Source: an uncultured Pseudomonadales bacterium
GTDB taxonomy: Bacteria > Patescibacteriota > Microgenomatia > UBA1400 > PJMF01
Reading direction: 5' to 3'
Assembly: GCA_964457085.1 (NCBI GenBank)
Contig: CAYWDM010000003.1
Coordinates: forward strand, 128,514-192,513
DNA length: 64,000 nt
Shown: piece by piece, positions 19,928 through 28,922 of the stretch
Numbering within the stretch: position 1 is the stretch's first letter
Layout of the letters: each line of letters starts with the position of its first letter
Position numbers and translations under genes: made by a program
The notes under the pieces: generated by a model
The model's input: the letters and a program-made list of their open reading frames with translations, nothing else
What the model was told of the DNA's origin: nothing
Database searches by the model: none

Positions 19928-20998
19928 ATGGTTCGCAAAGCTCGTATACTAATGCGTATGCGCGATTATAACGCTCGCAAATCTTCTCGTCAGCCAAATA
20001 CACAGCATCGGCCAACACACTCGCACCAACGTCACTATGATAGATCTAGGGGTGCTCAGACTGGTTGGTTTAATTCGTTGGCTGCCAATCCACTAGCAGT
20101 TTTTTTTCAAAGAATATTTGTTGGAGTATTGATTGTTGGAGTTGCCATAGTTGCAGCACTGTTAGTGCTGTGGTTGTTACGTGCCAACATTCACCAGCTG
20201 CATCCAATGAAGCAGGCAGTGACATTGGTATTTCTAGATCCAGCAGCCGGGAATACTTCAGATTTGTTGGTTGTTCAGTTGGCAGCAGAATCTAAAAAAG
20301 TATTGATATATAGCGTAAAATACCAATCAGAAACACAACTATTTAGTGGATATGGAATGTATCCACTGGCTTCAATTTATCCATTATTAAAAATTGAGCG
20401 AAAATCAGACCATTATATTCGAGCGACGCTCAGTGCTGTTTTGGGAGTGATGGTTGATCGAATCATTCCGGTTCCAAACATGGCCAGTTTATTTTCCTCT
20501 GAGACCTTGGAAAAACAGCCACAAGTAGTAATGACAAAGCTGTTGCGGCCATTTTGGTTTAGATCGCTCCCTGGAGTGGGGATACTTGAGAAGTTTCAAT
20601 GGCTTTCATACCTCGAGCAACTTAATCTGGTTTGGGTGGCTACAGCTCAAAGAGATGTTTTTACTGAGGGTTTTCGATTTGAGTCAAAATACCACGAGCT
20701 AAACAATTGTTCTGTGGCCGTAGTAAACACAACCATTGTGAAGGGGCTTGCACGGCGAATCAGCAATGTATTAGATGGCAGTGGATTGAGTGTAATTAGA
20801 ACCGCTGCGGAGCAATTACTTGAGTCAGAGAGTGTAGTTGTCTATGATCCAGCATATCCCAACTGTATGCCGTTGGTGCCGTATATTGAACAGTCACTCC
20901 CGAGTCATAAAGCACCGTATGCTGATCAGTCGGCAGCAAATCGCTTTAGAGCCAATATCGTGGTGATACTCGGCCAAGATTTAACAAACAGCAAATGA
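19928..20998 (+). CDS. LytR-CpsA-Psr (LCP) family membrane-anchored protein, with a C-terminal LytR_C-like domain
   Basis: N-terminal TM (VFFQRIFVGVLIVGVAIVAALLVLWLL). LCP-like core (VTLVFLDPAAGNTSDLLVV...). C-terminal NCSVAVVNTTIVKGLARRISNVLDGSGLSVI resembles a LytR_C domain. Start uncertain; it lies very close to the divergent queA start. Confidence 0.5.
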   Translation: MVRKARILMRMRDYNARKSSRQPNTQHRPTHSHQRHYDRSRGAQTGWFNSLAANPLAVFFQRIFVGVLIVGVAIVAALLVLWLLRANIHQLHPMKQAVTLVFLDPAAGNTSDLLVVQLAAESKKVLIYSVKYQSETQLFSGYGMYPLASIYPLLKIERKSDHYIRATLSAVLGVMVDRIIPVPNMASLFSSETLEKQPQVVMTKLLRPFWFRSLPGVGILEKFQWLSYLEQLNLVWVATAQRDVFTEGFRFESKYHELNNCSVAVVNTTIVKGLARRISNVLDGSGLSVIRTAAEQLLESESVVVYDPAYPNCMPLVPYIEQSLPSHKAPYADQSAANRFRANIVVILGQDLTNSK

Positions 20999-21035
20999 CT
21001 ATAAGCGAGCCAGTTGGAGTAAACAGAGACCAACC

Positions 21036-21776
21036 TTAAGAATAATCTTCGATTTTTTCGAGAGCAGTTTCGATTGAAGGCACGTCACTATCTCCGTCGA
21101 CCATTTGAATTGGGATGTCGTCTTCAAGAATGAAGTCATCATTGAGCTGATTAAGGGCACTGAGTGATTGTTTGTTGACTGGAAATGACTGCAAATGAGC
21201 ATTTTTCTCACTAGTTTTAGTTTCCTTAATCAGGACTTTGCAGGTTTTCTCGGTACACGAGTGGACCACACAAGAATATTCATTACCGTTGGTGATTAGT
21301 TTTGATAGTCGAAATGAGATATCCTCTGGGAGTGAACCAATATGTGTACCATCATCAGTCTCGACACAGATAAAATGACTCTTAATAATCAATGCGCAGG
21401 CGTGACCAACAGAGAGTTTGGCTAAGATTTGTTTACTAGCCAATCGATGCAGATCAATAATCTTGGTTTTACCCGGCTCTTCAATGAAATAGTTGTCAGA
21501 AAAGGTCTGAATGGTGAGAACTTGATTACTGGTAATCTTTTTGAGGTGTTTGTTAGCGATGATGTTTGATTTATCAACCTCTAATACCTGTTTGAAAACT
21601 TTTTTTGCTTCATCGACTTTTTTGATTTGCAATAAAGACAGTCCTAGCCGGTTCATAGCGGAAATGTCACGACTGTCCTGTTCAAGAATGGCTTGATTTG
21701 CCTCGATTGCTTGCTGCCAATCTTGGTTTTTCGCGGCTGTAATTGCTGCTTGGCTGAGAACTGAGATTTTCTGCAT
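21036..21776 (-). CDS. TPR-repeat hypothetical protein
   Basis: N-terminal TPR-like helical repeats (AIEANQAILEQDSRDISAMNRLGLSLLQIKKVDEAKKVFKQVLEVD). Confidence 0.5.
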   Translation of the reverse strand: MQKISVLSQAAITAAKNQDWQQAIEANQAILEQDSRDISAMNRLGLSLLQIKKVDEAKKVFKQVLEVDKSNIIANKHLKKITSNQVLTIQTFSDNYFIEEPGKTKIIDLHRLASKQILAKLSVGHACALIIKSHFICVETDDGTHIGSLPEDISFRLSKLITNGNEYSCVVHSCTEKTCKVLIKETKTSEKNAHLQSFPVNKQSLSALNQLNDDFILEDDIPIQMVDGDSDVPSIETALEKIEDYS

Positions 21777-21973
21777 AGGCGCGTCAGAGACGGATAAAAA
21801 TGTCGCTACAGAATACTGTCAAATCAGGTACTTGTCAACTGAATATCTGTATTTGCCAGTGAATGAATAAAATTATAAAATAACGTTGATATATCAATAT
21901 AATTTTGCATATATACTCTATAGCAGATACACCATACATTGTAGTATGATTGGCAGGTGAGAGGACTTTAGCT

Positions 21974-22534
21974 ATGTCTGGACACAGTAAATGGAATAAC
22001 ATTAAGAATCGTAAGGCTGCAGTCGATGGTAAAAAATCTCGCATTTTTAGTCAATTGGCTAAAAATATCCGGATGGCGGTTAAAGAAGGTGAGTCCGGAG
22101 ATCCAAAGTTTAATCCATCACTGCGCTTGCTCTTGGAAAAGGCCAGAGAAGCTAACATGCCTAAGGAAAAAGTGCTCAAAGCCATTGATGTTGGACTTGG
22201 CAAGGGTGAAGGAGCTAATGCCCAGGAAGTGGTCTATGAGGGCTTTGGACCAGGTGGTGTGGGCATCATGGCGGTGGCCATGACTAATAATCTCAATCGC
22301 ACCGCGGGTGAGGTGCGAGCAATTTTTTCCAAAGCCGGTGGCTCGTTGGGTACTCCAGGTTGTGTCAGATACTTATTTACCAGGGGAGTTGGTAATGAAT
22401 TTGTGCTAATGATGCCGATGGTAGTCACTGATCCGCAGGTGCAATCACAGATGCAAAATTTAATTGACCAATTACACGAGCATGATGACATTGAGGATGT
22501 GTATTGTGTGGGTGAATGGGAAGGTAAGGAATAA
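21974..22534 (+). CDS. yebC: YebC/PmpR-family probable transcriptional regulator (shortened)
   Basis: MSGHSKWNNIKNRKAAVDGKKSRIFSQLAKNI is the DUF28/YebC N-terminus. Confidence 0.85.
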   Translation: MSGHSKWNNIKNRKAAVDGKKSRIFSQLAKNIRMAVKEGESGDPKFNPSLRLLLEKAREANMPKEKVLKAIDVGLGKGEGANAQEVVYEGFGPGGVGIMAVAMTNNLNRTAGEVRAIFSKAGGSLGTPGCVRYLFTRGVGNEFVLMMPMVVTDPQVQSQMQNLIDQLHEHDDIEDVYCVGEWEGKE

Positions 22535-22541
22535 TAGTTTT

Positions 22542-23309
22542 ATGAGAAGACGTGAGAAGTTTGTCATTAGTGCGGTGCTACTCAGTCTGGGGATGTTTGG
22601 ACTGCAGTATCTCAGTCTCGACTGGAGATACTTGGGTATTGGGCTTTTTATCGTGGCCACCTATTTTGCTTCTGCCTGGGCACTTCGAGAGGATTTGCAG
22701 CCACATGAATGGTTGACGATTTTGCCGTTTCCAGCTATGTACGCAGCAGCAGTCTCATTGTTTTATTTTTTATTACCATCAAATGTTATTAGCCAGTTGG
22801 CGATTCTTGGAGTGTTTGGGGTAGGCATGTACGCCTCATACTTAACTGCCAATATTTTTTCAGTAGCGAAGGGGAGAACAATTCAGTTGCTCTATGCGGC
22901 TCATGCAGTAAGTTTGTTTTTTAATCTACTTACCTCATTACTATTGACCAACACCGTACTGTCATTGCACTTGCCATGGTTCGGAAATGCCCTGATTGTA
23001 GGGGGCACACATTACCTAATCATCTTGATGTCGCTTTGGTCTGTGAAGCTCGAGAACCGAATTAGCAGAGAGGTCTTGGTTCTGACAATGTTTGTGTCGG
23101 TCATTTTAGCTCAATATACCGCACTTTTTTCTTTGCTCCCGATGGAGATCTGGCATAGCTCCTTGTATATCATGGCACTGTTATATATCTCCTTGAGTAT
23201 GTTGCACAATTTACTTAAAGGGAGACTATTCAGAAACACAGTACAAGAATTTTCGTTAGTTGCTGGCTTGTTAGCAGTGATGTTTGTGATTACTTTTCCT
23301 TGGAAATAA
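22542..23309 (+). CDS. Polytopic membrane protein (hypothetical)
   Basis: At least six predicted TM helices. Start at the first in-frame ATG after the yebC stop. Confidence 0.5.
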   Translation: MRRREKFVISAVLLSLGMFGLQYLSLDWRYLGIGLFIVATYFASAWALREDLQPHEWLTILPFPAMYAAAVSLFYFLLPSNVISQLAILGVFGVGMYASYLTANIFSVAKGRTIQLLYAAHAVSLFFNLLTSLLLTNTVLSLHLPWFGNALIVGGTHYLIILMSLWSVKLENRISREVLVLTMFVSVILAQYTALFSLLPMEIWHSSLYIMALLYISLSMLHNLLKGRLFRNTVQEFSLVAGLLAVMFVITFPWK

Positions 23310-24567
23310 TTTTTTCTGAATAATTTTTTGCTCATAACTCCATTTAAAAGGGGAATGAGCAAATTTTTTTTATCTCACCAGGTATAGGCAGGGAAGAGTG
23401 ATATAGTTTGATACAGTGTTGAAATGTGGATAACTTTGAAAGTTATAGGACGTGAAAAGACTAGTTAAGCCTGGATTGATATATTAAGTATTAGAAAAGT
23501 ATGGGTATCTGAACCAAAATTTACGACCAACCAGTTCCTCGAGTAGAGCGTGAAAACAGAAAAAACCCGAATAACCATCTAGCCTGGTGCAGTGATGATG
23601 CAAGAATAAATAACTCAAGATGTCTCAAGTAGTCAGAATATAGTCATTTTGAAGCTAATTGGAGAGAGGCTGATTACAGTGTTACTACCAGATACAGAAT
23701 GGTGTCAGTGATGAGGGTATGTACCGATTATTAATCCTATTTACGGAACAATGCATTTATGAGCTGTATCGACCAGTGCCGATACTTCTACTCTAGTTAA
23801 AAGAGAGGTTTTGCCCTGGTTTAATTATGTCGCACAATAATACTTTTGCGACATAGACCAAGAAATTTAAATCTGTGTTTGTAATTGCTCGCTAGTTAGT
23901 TTGTTGACTTTGTTGTGTCATATATTGTTCCTACCAGGCTTGTAGATTGTTTCCCTACTACTTGGCTTTCATCGTTTACTCTGGCAGATGTGTTTTTTGA
24001 TTTTATTTTAGTCTGGAAATATATAAATTATTCCGCTTCATCAAGTAATTGTTCAATTATCCAGTCTAAATGATGACCAAGTCATCAGCTTAGAGATAAA
24101 AAGCCCGTTTTGAGGGTTTGAGGGGGTTCTGATCTGGTAGAAGGGGTTATTTTCACTGAATGACTGTCAAATTTATTGGTTTACGACGTTCTTTACTATA
24201 AAAACACAAGGTTTTCTATTCTATTTGTGGTTTGTTATAGAAAAACACGTTTTTTTAATTTTTAGCCTGGAGACTAATGAAAAAACAATGCGTCCTTTTT
24301 AATATATGAAGAGCTTGAAGCATTAGTATTTTTTAGTCTTGATCAAAATGCAAATATGATTGATCAATAGCCATTTAAATTGGTGCCTAAATATTAGCAG
24401 TAACTGGTGTCTTCTGCCAATGTCTCATAGTATTGTTTGATTTGGTTGTCTGCATCCAATATGTCGCTGAGGTGCTTGCAATATGTAAGTGTGTTATTGG
24501 TTACATTTGCTTAGATGGGGGAGGCATGTTGCCATCTGATTTGGTGAAACTGTGATAGGCTTACTAT

Positions 24568-25506
24568 ATGGCGATCTCTACTCTACCAGCTGTTGCGATG
24601 ATCGATTTTCTCGAGGCAATTGAGGTTGAGAGAAATCTAAGTCGACTCACAATTCGCAATTATGGCCATTATTTGCGCAGATTCAATGACTGGTTTATTA
24701 AGCAAGGATACACTGATCTCAAACAATTGGACCGTGATGTGATGCGTAAGTACCGAATTTTCTTAGCACGGTATGTAGATGACCAAGCAAGAATGCTGTC
24801 GAAGAAAACTCAAAGCTATCACGTGATTGCCATGCGTTCTTGGTTGAAATGGTTGGTTAAAAATGACGCTGCAGTACTTGCTCCTGAGAAAGTTGACCTT
24901 CCCAAGGCGGAGTCAACTCCAATGAAGTTTATGATGGCGGATAAAATTGAGCGCTTGCTGAGTCAACCTCTGAGCTCTACCCCACCAGGCTTACGTGATA
25001 AGGCAATGCTTGAGGTACTCTTTTCTACAGGGTTGCGGGTGAGTGAGCTTGTAGGTATGAATCGAGACCAGATTGATCTCGATAGGCGAGAGTTTGGGGT
25101 GATAGGCAAAGGGCGTCGACCTAGAGTGGTGTTTTTGAGTGAACGTGCTCATTTATGGTTGTCTCGTTGGCTAAACAGTCGAGAGGATAATTGGCGGCCA
25201 GTTTTTGTAAATTTCTCTGGTAAAAAATGTGATCCCTATGCCGATGGCGAAGAAAAACGGCTTTCCACACGTAGTGTTCAGCGAATGGTTGATACATATT
25301 GCCGGAAGGCAAAATTGCCTATTAAGCTCAGTCCGCATGGCATAAGACACAGCTTTGCAACTGATCTTTTAGCGAATGGTGCGGGGCTTCGCGATGTTCA
25401 AGAAATGCTGGGTCATAAAAACATCGCAACCACTCAAATCTATACACACGTTACCCGTCCACAATTAAAAAAGGCCTATGATTCATTCCATACTAAGCTT
25501 GAATGA
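24568..25506 (+). CDS. Tyrosine recombinase, XerC/XerD family
   Basis: Catalytic-domain motifs RDKAMLEVLFSTGLRVSELVGM (box I, Arg), GKGRRPRVVFL (K), HGIRHSFATDLLANGAGLRDVQEMLGHKNIATTQIYTHV (H-R-H...Y). Confidence 0.9.
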   Translation: MAISTLPAVAMIDFLEAIEVERNLSRLTIRNYGHYLRRFNDWFIKQGYTDLKQLDRDVMRKYRIFLARYVDDQARMLSKKTQSYHVIAMRSWLKWLVKNDAAVLAPEKVDLPKAESTPMKFMMADKIERLLSQPLSSTPPGLRDKAMLEVLFSTGLRVSELVGMNRDQIDLDRREFGVIGKGRRPRVVFLSERAHLWLSRWLNSREDNWRPVFVNFSGKKCDPYADGEEKRLSTRSVQRMVDTYCRKAKLPIKLSPHGIRHSFATDLLANGAGLRDVQEMLGHKNIATTQIYTHVTRPQLKKAYDSFHTKLE

Positions 25507-25775
25507 TGCTTAGCAATCACTGAGCTTGATTGATATATTTTGTTTGCTTAGTCACCATTTTGATTGCAATTGATGATGGTATTAGAATTAGCAGTCGCTT
25601 CTCTACTCTGCTAATTCTGAAGTAGGATTATTCAGGTTGATATGTCAATCTAAATAACATTCAATAGTTCAATTTTTTAGAAAATTGTAAAAATATAGAT
25701 ATTGGTTGCTATGCTACTAGCCAGTATGCAGGCGGTTGATTATAATCGTCAGCCGTTGGTAGAATACCAATTGTT

Positions 25776-25849
25776 GGGCCGATAGCTCAGTTGGCTAGAG
25801 CGCCTGCATGGCATGCAGGAGGTCAGGGGTTCGAGCCCCCTCCGGTCCA
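25776..25849 (+). tRNA. tRNA-Ala (anticodon GGC)
   Basis: Acceptor GGGCCGA with a G3:U70 pair. D-arm GCTC-AGTTGGCTA-GAGC. Anticodon stem CCTGC/GCAGG with loop ATGGCAT gives GGC. T-arm AGGGG-TTCGAGC-CCCCT. One A7:C66 mismatch. Confidence 0.8.
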
Positions 25850-25857
25850 CCTTACTT

Positions 25858-25890
25858 CCCCACCTTTATTTGGTGGGGTTTTTGTTTTTA
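25858..25890 (+). terminator. Intrinsic terminator after tRNA-Ala(GGC)
   Basis: CCCCACC-TTTATTT-GGTGGGG followed by TTTTTGTTTTT. Confidence 0.65.
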
Positions 25891-26117
25891 ATTTGAATCT
25901 CATCAGATTCTTGAAATGCGTAAAGCGATACCTTTACATCAAGCTTTAGATGATCCACCAATCCTTTTTGCTATTTTGTTGTTTGTCTGTTATACTGCCG
26001 TTCTTCGGTTTGAAAAGGTGAGCTTTCCCCTTAATGTGATTCTTTCCAGAAGGTTTGTTAGAAATAACGACAACGTGCCGCTTGCGAAAGCGCGAGCAGC
26101 CTTGTTGGAAAGAGTAT

Positions 26118-27329
26118 ATGTTATACGCTCACAGCGGACGTTTTCGTCCGTCATCTTCATTTGGTTCTAGAGGTCCAAATCGCCGCCGATCTGATCGGGG
26201 TCATGCTGGATTTCGCTCGAACTCAACACCTATTGCAGCTAGTCGCTATGTCAACCAAGCTGCCGAGTTGATCGAAGGCCCAAAGGCTGTTATCACCCAT
26301 CAATTCACTGATTTTGGTCTAGATGAAAGAATTGTTGCCAACGTAGTCAGACATGGATATGGCGAACCAACTCCAATTCAAGACCAGATAATTCCTTTAA
26401 TGCTGACTGGGAAAGATGTGGTTGGTATTGCTAATACAGGTACAGGTAAAACTGCAGCTTTCTTATTACCATTACTGCACAAGGTATTGAATGATAACAA
26501 ACAAGGGGTCTTGATCGTGGTGCCTACTCGAGAGTTGGCAGCCCAAATTCGAGATGAATTGACTCATTTCGCTCAAGATCTTCCAGTAAGTATGTGTCTG
26601 TGCGTAGGCGGCGTTGGTATTCAACCCCAAATCAGCAAAGTCTCGCATAATCCACATTTTGTGATTGGTACTCCAGGTCGAATCAAAGACTTAGTTAATA
26701 GAGGAGCTTTAAAAACTGCCTCATACACTAACGTCGTACTTGATGAAGTCGACCGGATGCTGGACATAGGATTTGTGCATGATATTCGTTTCTTAATTGA
26801 TCGATTGCCAGCTGTGCGTCAATCTGGTTTCTTTAGTGCAACCATGACCAACCAAGTGAAGCCAATCATGCAGTCATTTCTAGACAATCCAGTGACGGTA
26901 AGTGTTGAAACTGCTCGGACTAGTGCACACATCCATCAAGATGTAGTTCGCATTGCTCCAGGCCAGAACAAAGCTGAAGTCTTGCATGACTTGTTGATTC
27001 AAGAAGAATTCAGTCGAGTGATTGTGTTTGGTAGAACCAAGCATGGCATCAACAAACTCGAAATGATGCTGTCTGGTAGAGGGTTACGCGTTTGTGCTAT
27101 TCATGGCAACAAATCTCAAAATGCTAGACAACAGGCTTTGCAGCAATTCAAACGAGGATTTGCCCAAGCTCTACTGGCCACCGATGTGGCAGCTAGAGGT
27201 ATCGACATTGATGGTGTAACTCATGTCATTAACTATGACGAGCCAAACTGTTATGACGATTACGTCCATCGTATTGGTCGAACCGGTCGAGCTGGCAAAA
27301 CCGGCAAAGCTTTAACTTTCGTCGGCTAA
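26118..27329 (+). CDS. DEAD-box ATP-dependent RNA helicase with an Arg/Gly-rich N-terminal tail
   Basis: Q motif plus motif I (GYGEPTPIQDQ...ANTGTGKTAAF). Motif II is DEVD. SAT motif. Motif VI HRIGRTGRAG. Start uncertain (26055 TTG or 26118 ATG). Confidence 0.9.
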   Translation: MLYAHSGRFRPSSSFGSRGPNRRRSDRGHAGFRSNSTPIAASRYVNQAAELIEGPKAVITHQFTDFGLDERIVANVVRHGYGEPTPIQDQIIPLMLTGKDVVGIANTGTGKTAAFLLPLLHKVLNDNKQGVLIVVPTRELAAQIRDELTHFAQDLPVSMCLCVGGVGIQPQISKVSHNPHFVIGTPGRIKDLVNRGALKTASYTNVVLDEVDRMLDIGFVHDIRFLIDRLPAVRQSGFFSATMTNQVKPIMQSFLDNPVTVSVETARTSAHIHQDVVRIAPGQNKAEVLHDLLIQEEFSRVIVFGRTKHGINKLEMMLSGRGLRVCAIHGNKSQNARQQALQQFKRGFAQALLATDVAARGIDIDGVTHVINYDEPNCYDDYVHRIGRTGRAGKTGKALTFVG

Positions 27330-27358
27330 TTGACAATAACAAGCAATATTGATATATT
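27330..27358 (+). promoter_or_regulatory. Cassette-1 sigma70-type promoter, immediately after the helicase stop codon
   Basis: TTGACA at 27330-27335 (-35), then a 17-nt spacer, then TATATT at 27353-27358 (-10). Confidence 0.55.
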
Positions 27359-27567
27359 ATAGGATGTACTGTTGCCTGCTGGGTGTTTCTCAACTTGGCG
27401 ACTGTACAAACTTTTAGGCACGTTAACAGGAAAAAGGAAGAGAAAAAGTGGTGGTCGAACTGAGCGACTGACTGGTTTTAAACCAGATCGGATGCTGAGT
27501 TTGACCACCACACAAAGGCTGTGTAGCCTGTGGTGTAATTTTTTTTACAGCCCGGAGGGCATAAAGC

Positions 27568-27783
27568 ATGGCAAACGTAAAAGTTGCAGAAGCAAAAGAT
27601 CGACTCGTTGAGGTTAAAAGGAAAGAGGACATCGTCCCGATCCTGGAAAAACTTGACAGCGATCTGGATAGATTTACTGCGTTGGATTTAGCGGTTAGTT
27701 TTGCTGAGTCCAATCTCGAAGAAACCGCTCCGATTCAAGAATGGCTCAAGTTTTATCGAGACATTTATCGCGGGCAAAAATAA
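27568..27783 (+). CDS. Small protein, 71 aa (cassette 1), hypothetical
   Basis: GGAGG SD 9 nt upstream of the ATG. Helical, charged protein (MANVKVAEAKDRLVEVKRKEDIV...). Preceded by an approximately 200-nt structured leader. Confidence 0.55.
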   Translation: MANVKVAEAKDRLVEVKRKEDIVPILEKLDSDLDRFTALDLAVSFAESNLEETAPIQEWLKFYRDIYRGQK

Positions 27784-27815
27784 CGTATTTTCTCTCTCCT
27801 CCTCCAGTTTCGTGC

Positions 27816-27866
27816 CAGGCCCCGCTCTCAACAAGTGGGGCTTGTCATTTTCAAACACCTTTTTTG
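27816..27866 (+). terminator. Cassette-1 intrinsic terminator
   Basis: Roughly 10-bp stem (CAGGCCCCGC ... GTGGGGCTTG), followed by the conserved tail CTTGTCATTTTCAAACACCTTTTTTG. Confidence 0.55.
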
Positions 27867-27872
27867 AGTATC

Positions 27873-27901
27873 TTGACCAAATAACCAATGATTGATATAT
27901 T
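27873..27901 (+). promoter_or_regulatory. Cassette-2 sigma70-type promoter
   Basis: TTGACC, then a 17-nt spacer, then TATATT. Near-identical to the cassette 1 and 3 promoters, including the TATATTAT(G/A)GG start region. Confidence 0.55.
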
Positions 27902-28094
27902 ATGGGCTGTCATATTGCCACTTAGAATTATTTCTATCAAGGCGATTTGGCAAATAGAATCGGCACGTTAATAGTTGAAATGATTAGAGTCACTTAAAGT
28001 GGTGGTTGGCAAAGCTGTTTATTTTGACAGTTTTGCCAACCACCACTAGCCCGTAAGGCTTGAGGTGAGAATTTTTTCTCAGGAGAACATGGTT

Positions 28095-28310
28095 ATGAAC
28101 TTCACAGAAGTCACAGAGCATTTAGCGATTTGCGATGACAAAAGTCGCGCCCAGAAGTTGCTGGAATATCTGGATGCAACTCGTCATAAGGAAGCACTGC
28201 TGGAAGCTCGGCGTCTCGCCGGGCAGACAGTAGGCGTTAGTCTTCAAGGAGGCGAAAAGCATCCTCGAATGGTTATGCTCCAGGAGATGATTAACAAGCT
28301 CACCGAGTGA
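28095..28310 (+). CDS. Small protein, 71 aa (cassette 2), hypothetical
   Basis: AGGAG SD 9 nt upstream of the ATG at 28095; the in-frame ATG at 28089 has only 3-nt spacing. The track ORF 28065 starts at a GTG. Confidence 0.55.
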   Translation: MNFTEVTEHLAICDDKSRAQKLLEYLDATRHKEALLEARRLAGQTVGVSLQGGEKHPRMVMLQEMINKLTE

Positions 28311-28333
28311 CCTATATTTTGACCCAACGTGCC

Positions 28334-28383
28334 AAGCCCTTCCCCTAATCCGGAAGGGCTTGTCATTTCTAAATACTTTTTTT
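28334..28383 (+). terminator. Cassette-2 intrinsic terminator
   Basis: 10-bp perfect stem AAGCCCTTCC / GGAAGGGCTT, then the conserved tail TGTCATTTCTAAATACTTTTTTTTG. Confidence 0.65.
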
Positions 28384-28405
28384 GCATAAATACAAAAAAA
28401 CTTTC

Positions 28406-28433
28406 TTGACTTGTCTGGTAAAGATGATATATT
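28406..28433 (+). promoter_or_regulatory. Cassette-3 sigma70-type promoter
   Basis: TTGACT, then a 16-nt spacer, then TATATT, then ATGGG. Confidence 0.55.
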
Positions 28434-28619
28434 ATGGGTCGTGATGAGCTGCTTGGATGACTTTGGCTGTCTATAGCGGCGAAATCGCATGTACGTTAAC
28501 AGAGGAAGAAGAAATGAAGTGGTAATCGAGTGAAATCTTCATTGAAGTTGGAGGTTTAATTTGATTACCACTTTTCAGCGTGAGAGGTGGGTCAAAATTC
28601 TTAGCAAGAGAGGTGTTTC

Positions 28620-28817
28620 ATGCCAGCAGTTTATGATCGATATACTGTTCGATGGCTGTTGATTTATGCAGCCAATACCGTGGAAATAAGTACCGCCTTT
28701 AAAGACAATAAAGTGCCTGAGGCAGACCAGCGTGGTCTGCTTGAAGAGGCTTTGGCCGATGACGCGGTCAAACCTGGGTCGAAATCGGCTGAGTTGCTTG
28801 GTTCACTGCTCACATAG
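28620..28817 (+). CDS. Small protein, 65 aa (cassette 3), hypothetical
   Basis: GAGAGG SD 6 nt upstream of the ATG. The leader carries the same ACGTTAACAG box and a GTGGTAATC/GATTACCAC helix. Confidence 0.5.
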   Translation: MPAVYDRYTVRWLLIYAANTVEISTAFKDNKVPEADQRGLLEEALADDAVKPGSKSAELLGSLLT

Positions 28818-28893
28818 TCATCTTTTCCTCCTTAACGTTGGGCCCTCTTCTTTGCGGAAGGGGGCTCAACTACTTTTAGGACCTTTTTTAACC

Positions 28894-28922
28894 AAAAAAC
28901 CCGTCATTGCTGGCGGGTTTTT
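28894..28922. terminator. Bidirectional intrinsic terminator shared by cassette 3 and convergent gyrA
   Basis: AAAAAA, then CCCGTCA-TTGC-TGGCGGG, then TTTTT. A second hairpin at 28839-28866 lies upstream. Confidence 0.65.

Noticed and set aside
24105-24140. GGGGGTTCTGATCTGGTAGAAGGGG, reminiscent of a tmRNA 5' end
   Set aside because: I found no matching T-arm (GGTTCGA.TCC) or 3' CCA-proximal acceptor strand on either strand nearby.
24568-25849. Integrase plus tRNA as a hallmark of an integrated mobile element
   Set aside because: The recombinase is upstream of and co-directional with the tRNA, not downstream of its 3' end. I found no direct repeat of the tRNA 3' end by eye. A chromosomal Xer-type recombinase is equally consistent. 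It is kept as a possibility only in the finding on the spacer.
27351-27360. GATATATTATGG in the three cassette promoters resembling the central ATATATTATG of Firmicute dif sites
   Set aside because: The match is only the AT-rich -10 region. There is no flanking XerC/XerD arm symmetry, and it occurs three times as part of a clear -35/-10 pair.
27372-27611. 79-aa basic ORF spanning the cassette-1 leader
   Set aside because: It has no SD and crosses the conserved RNA elements. It overlaps the SD-supported 27568 ORF out of frame. Its highly basic, low-complexity translation is typical of a spurious frame.
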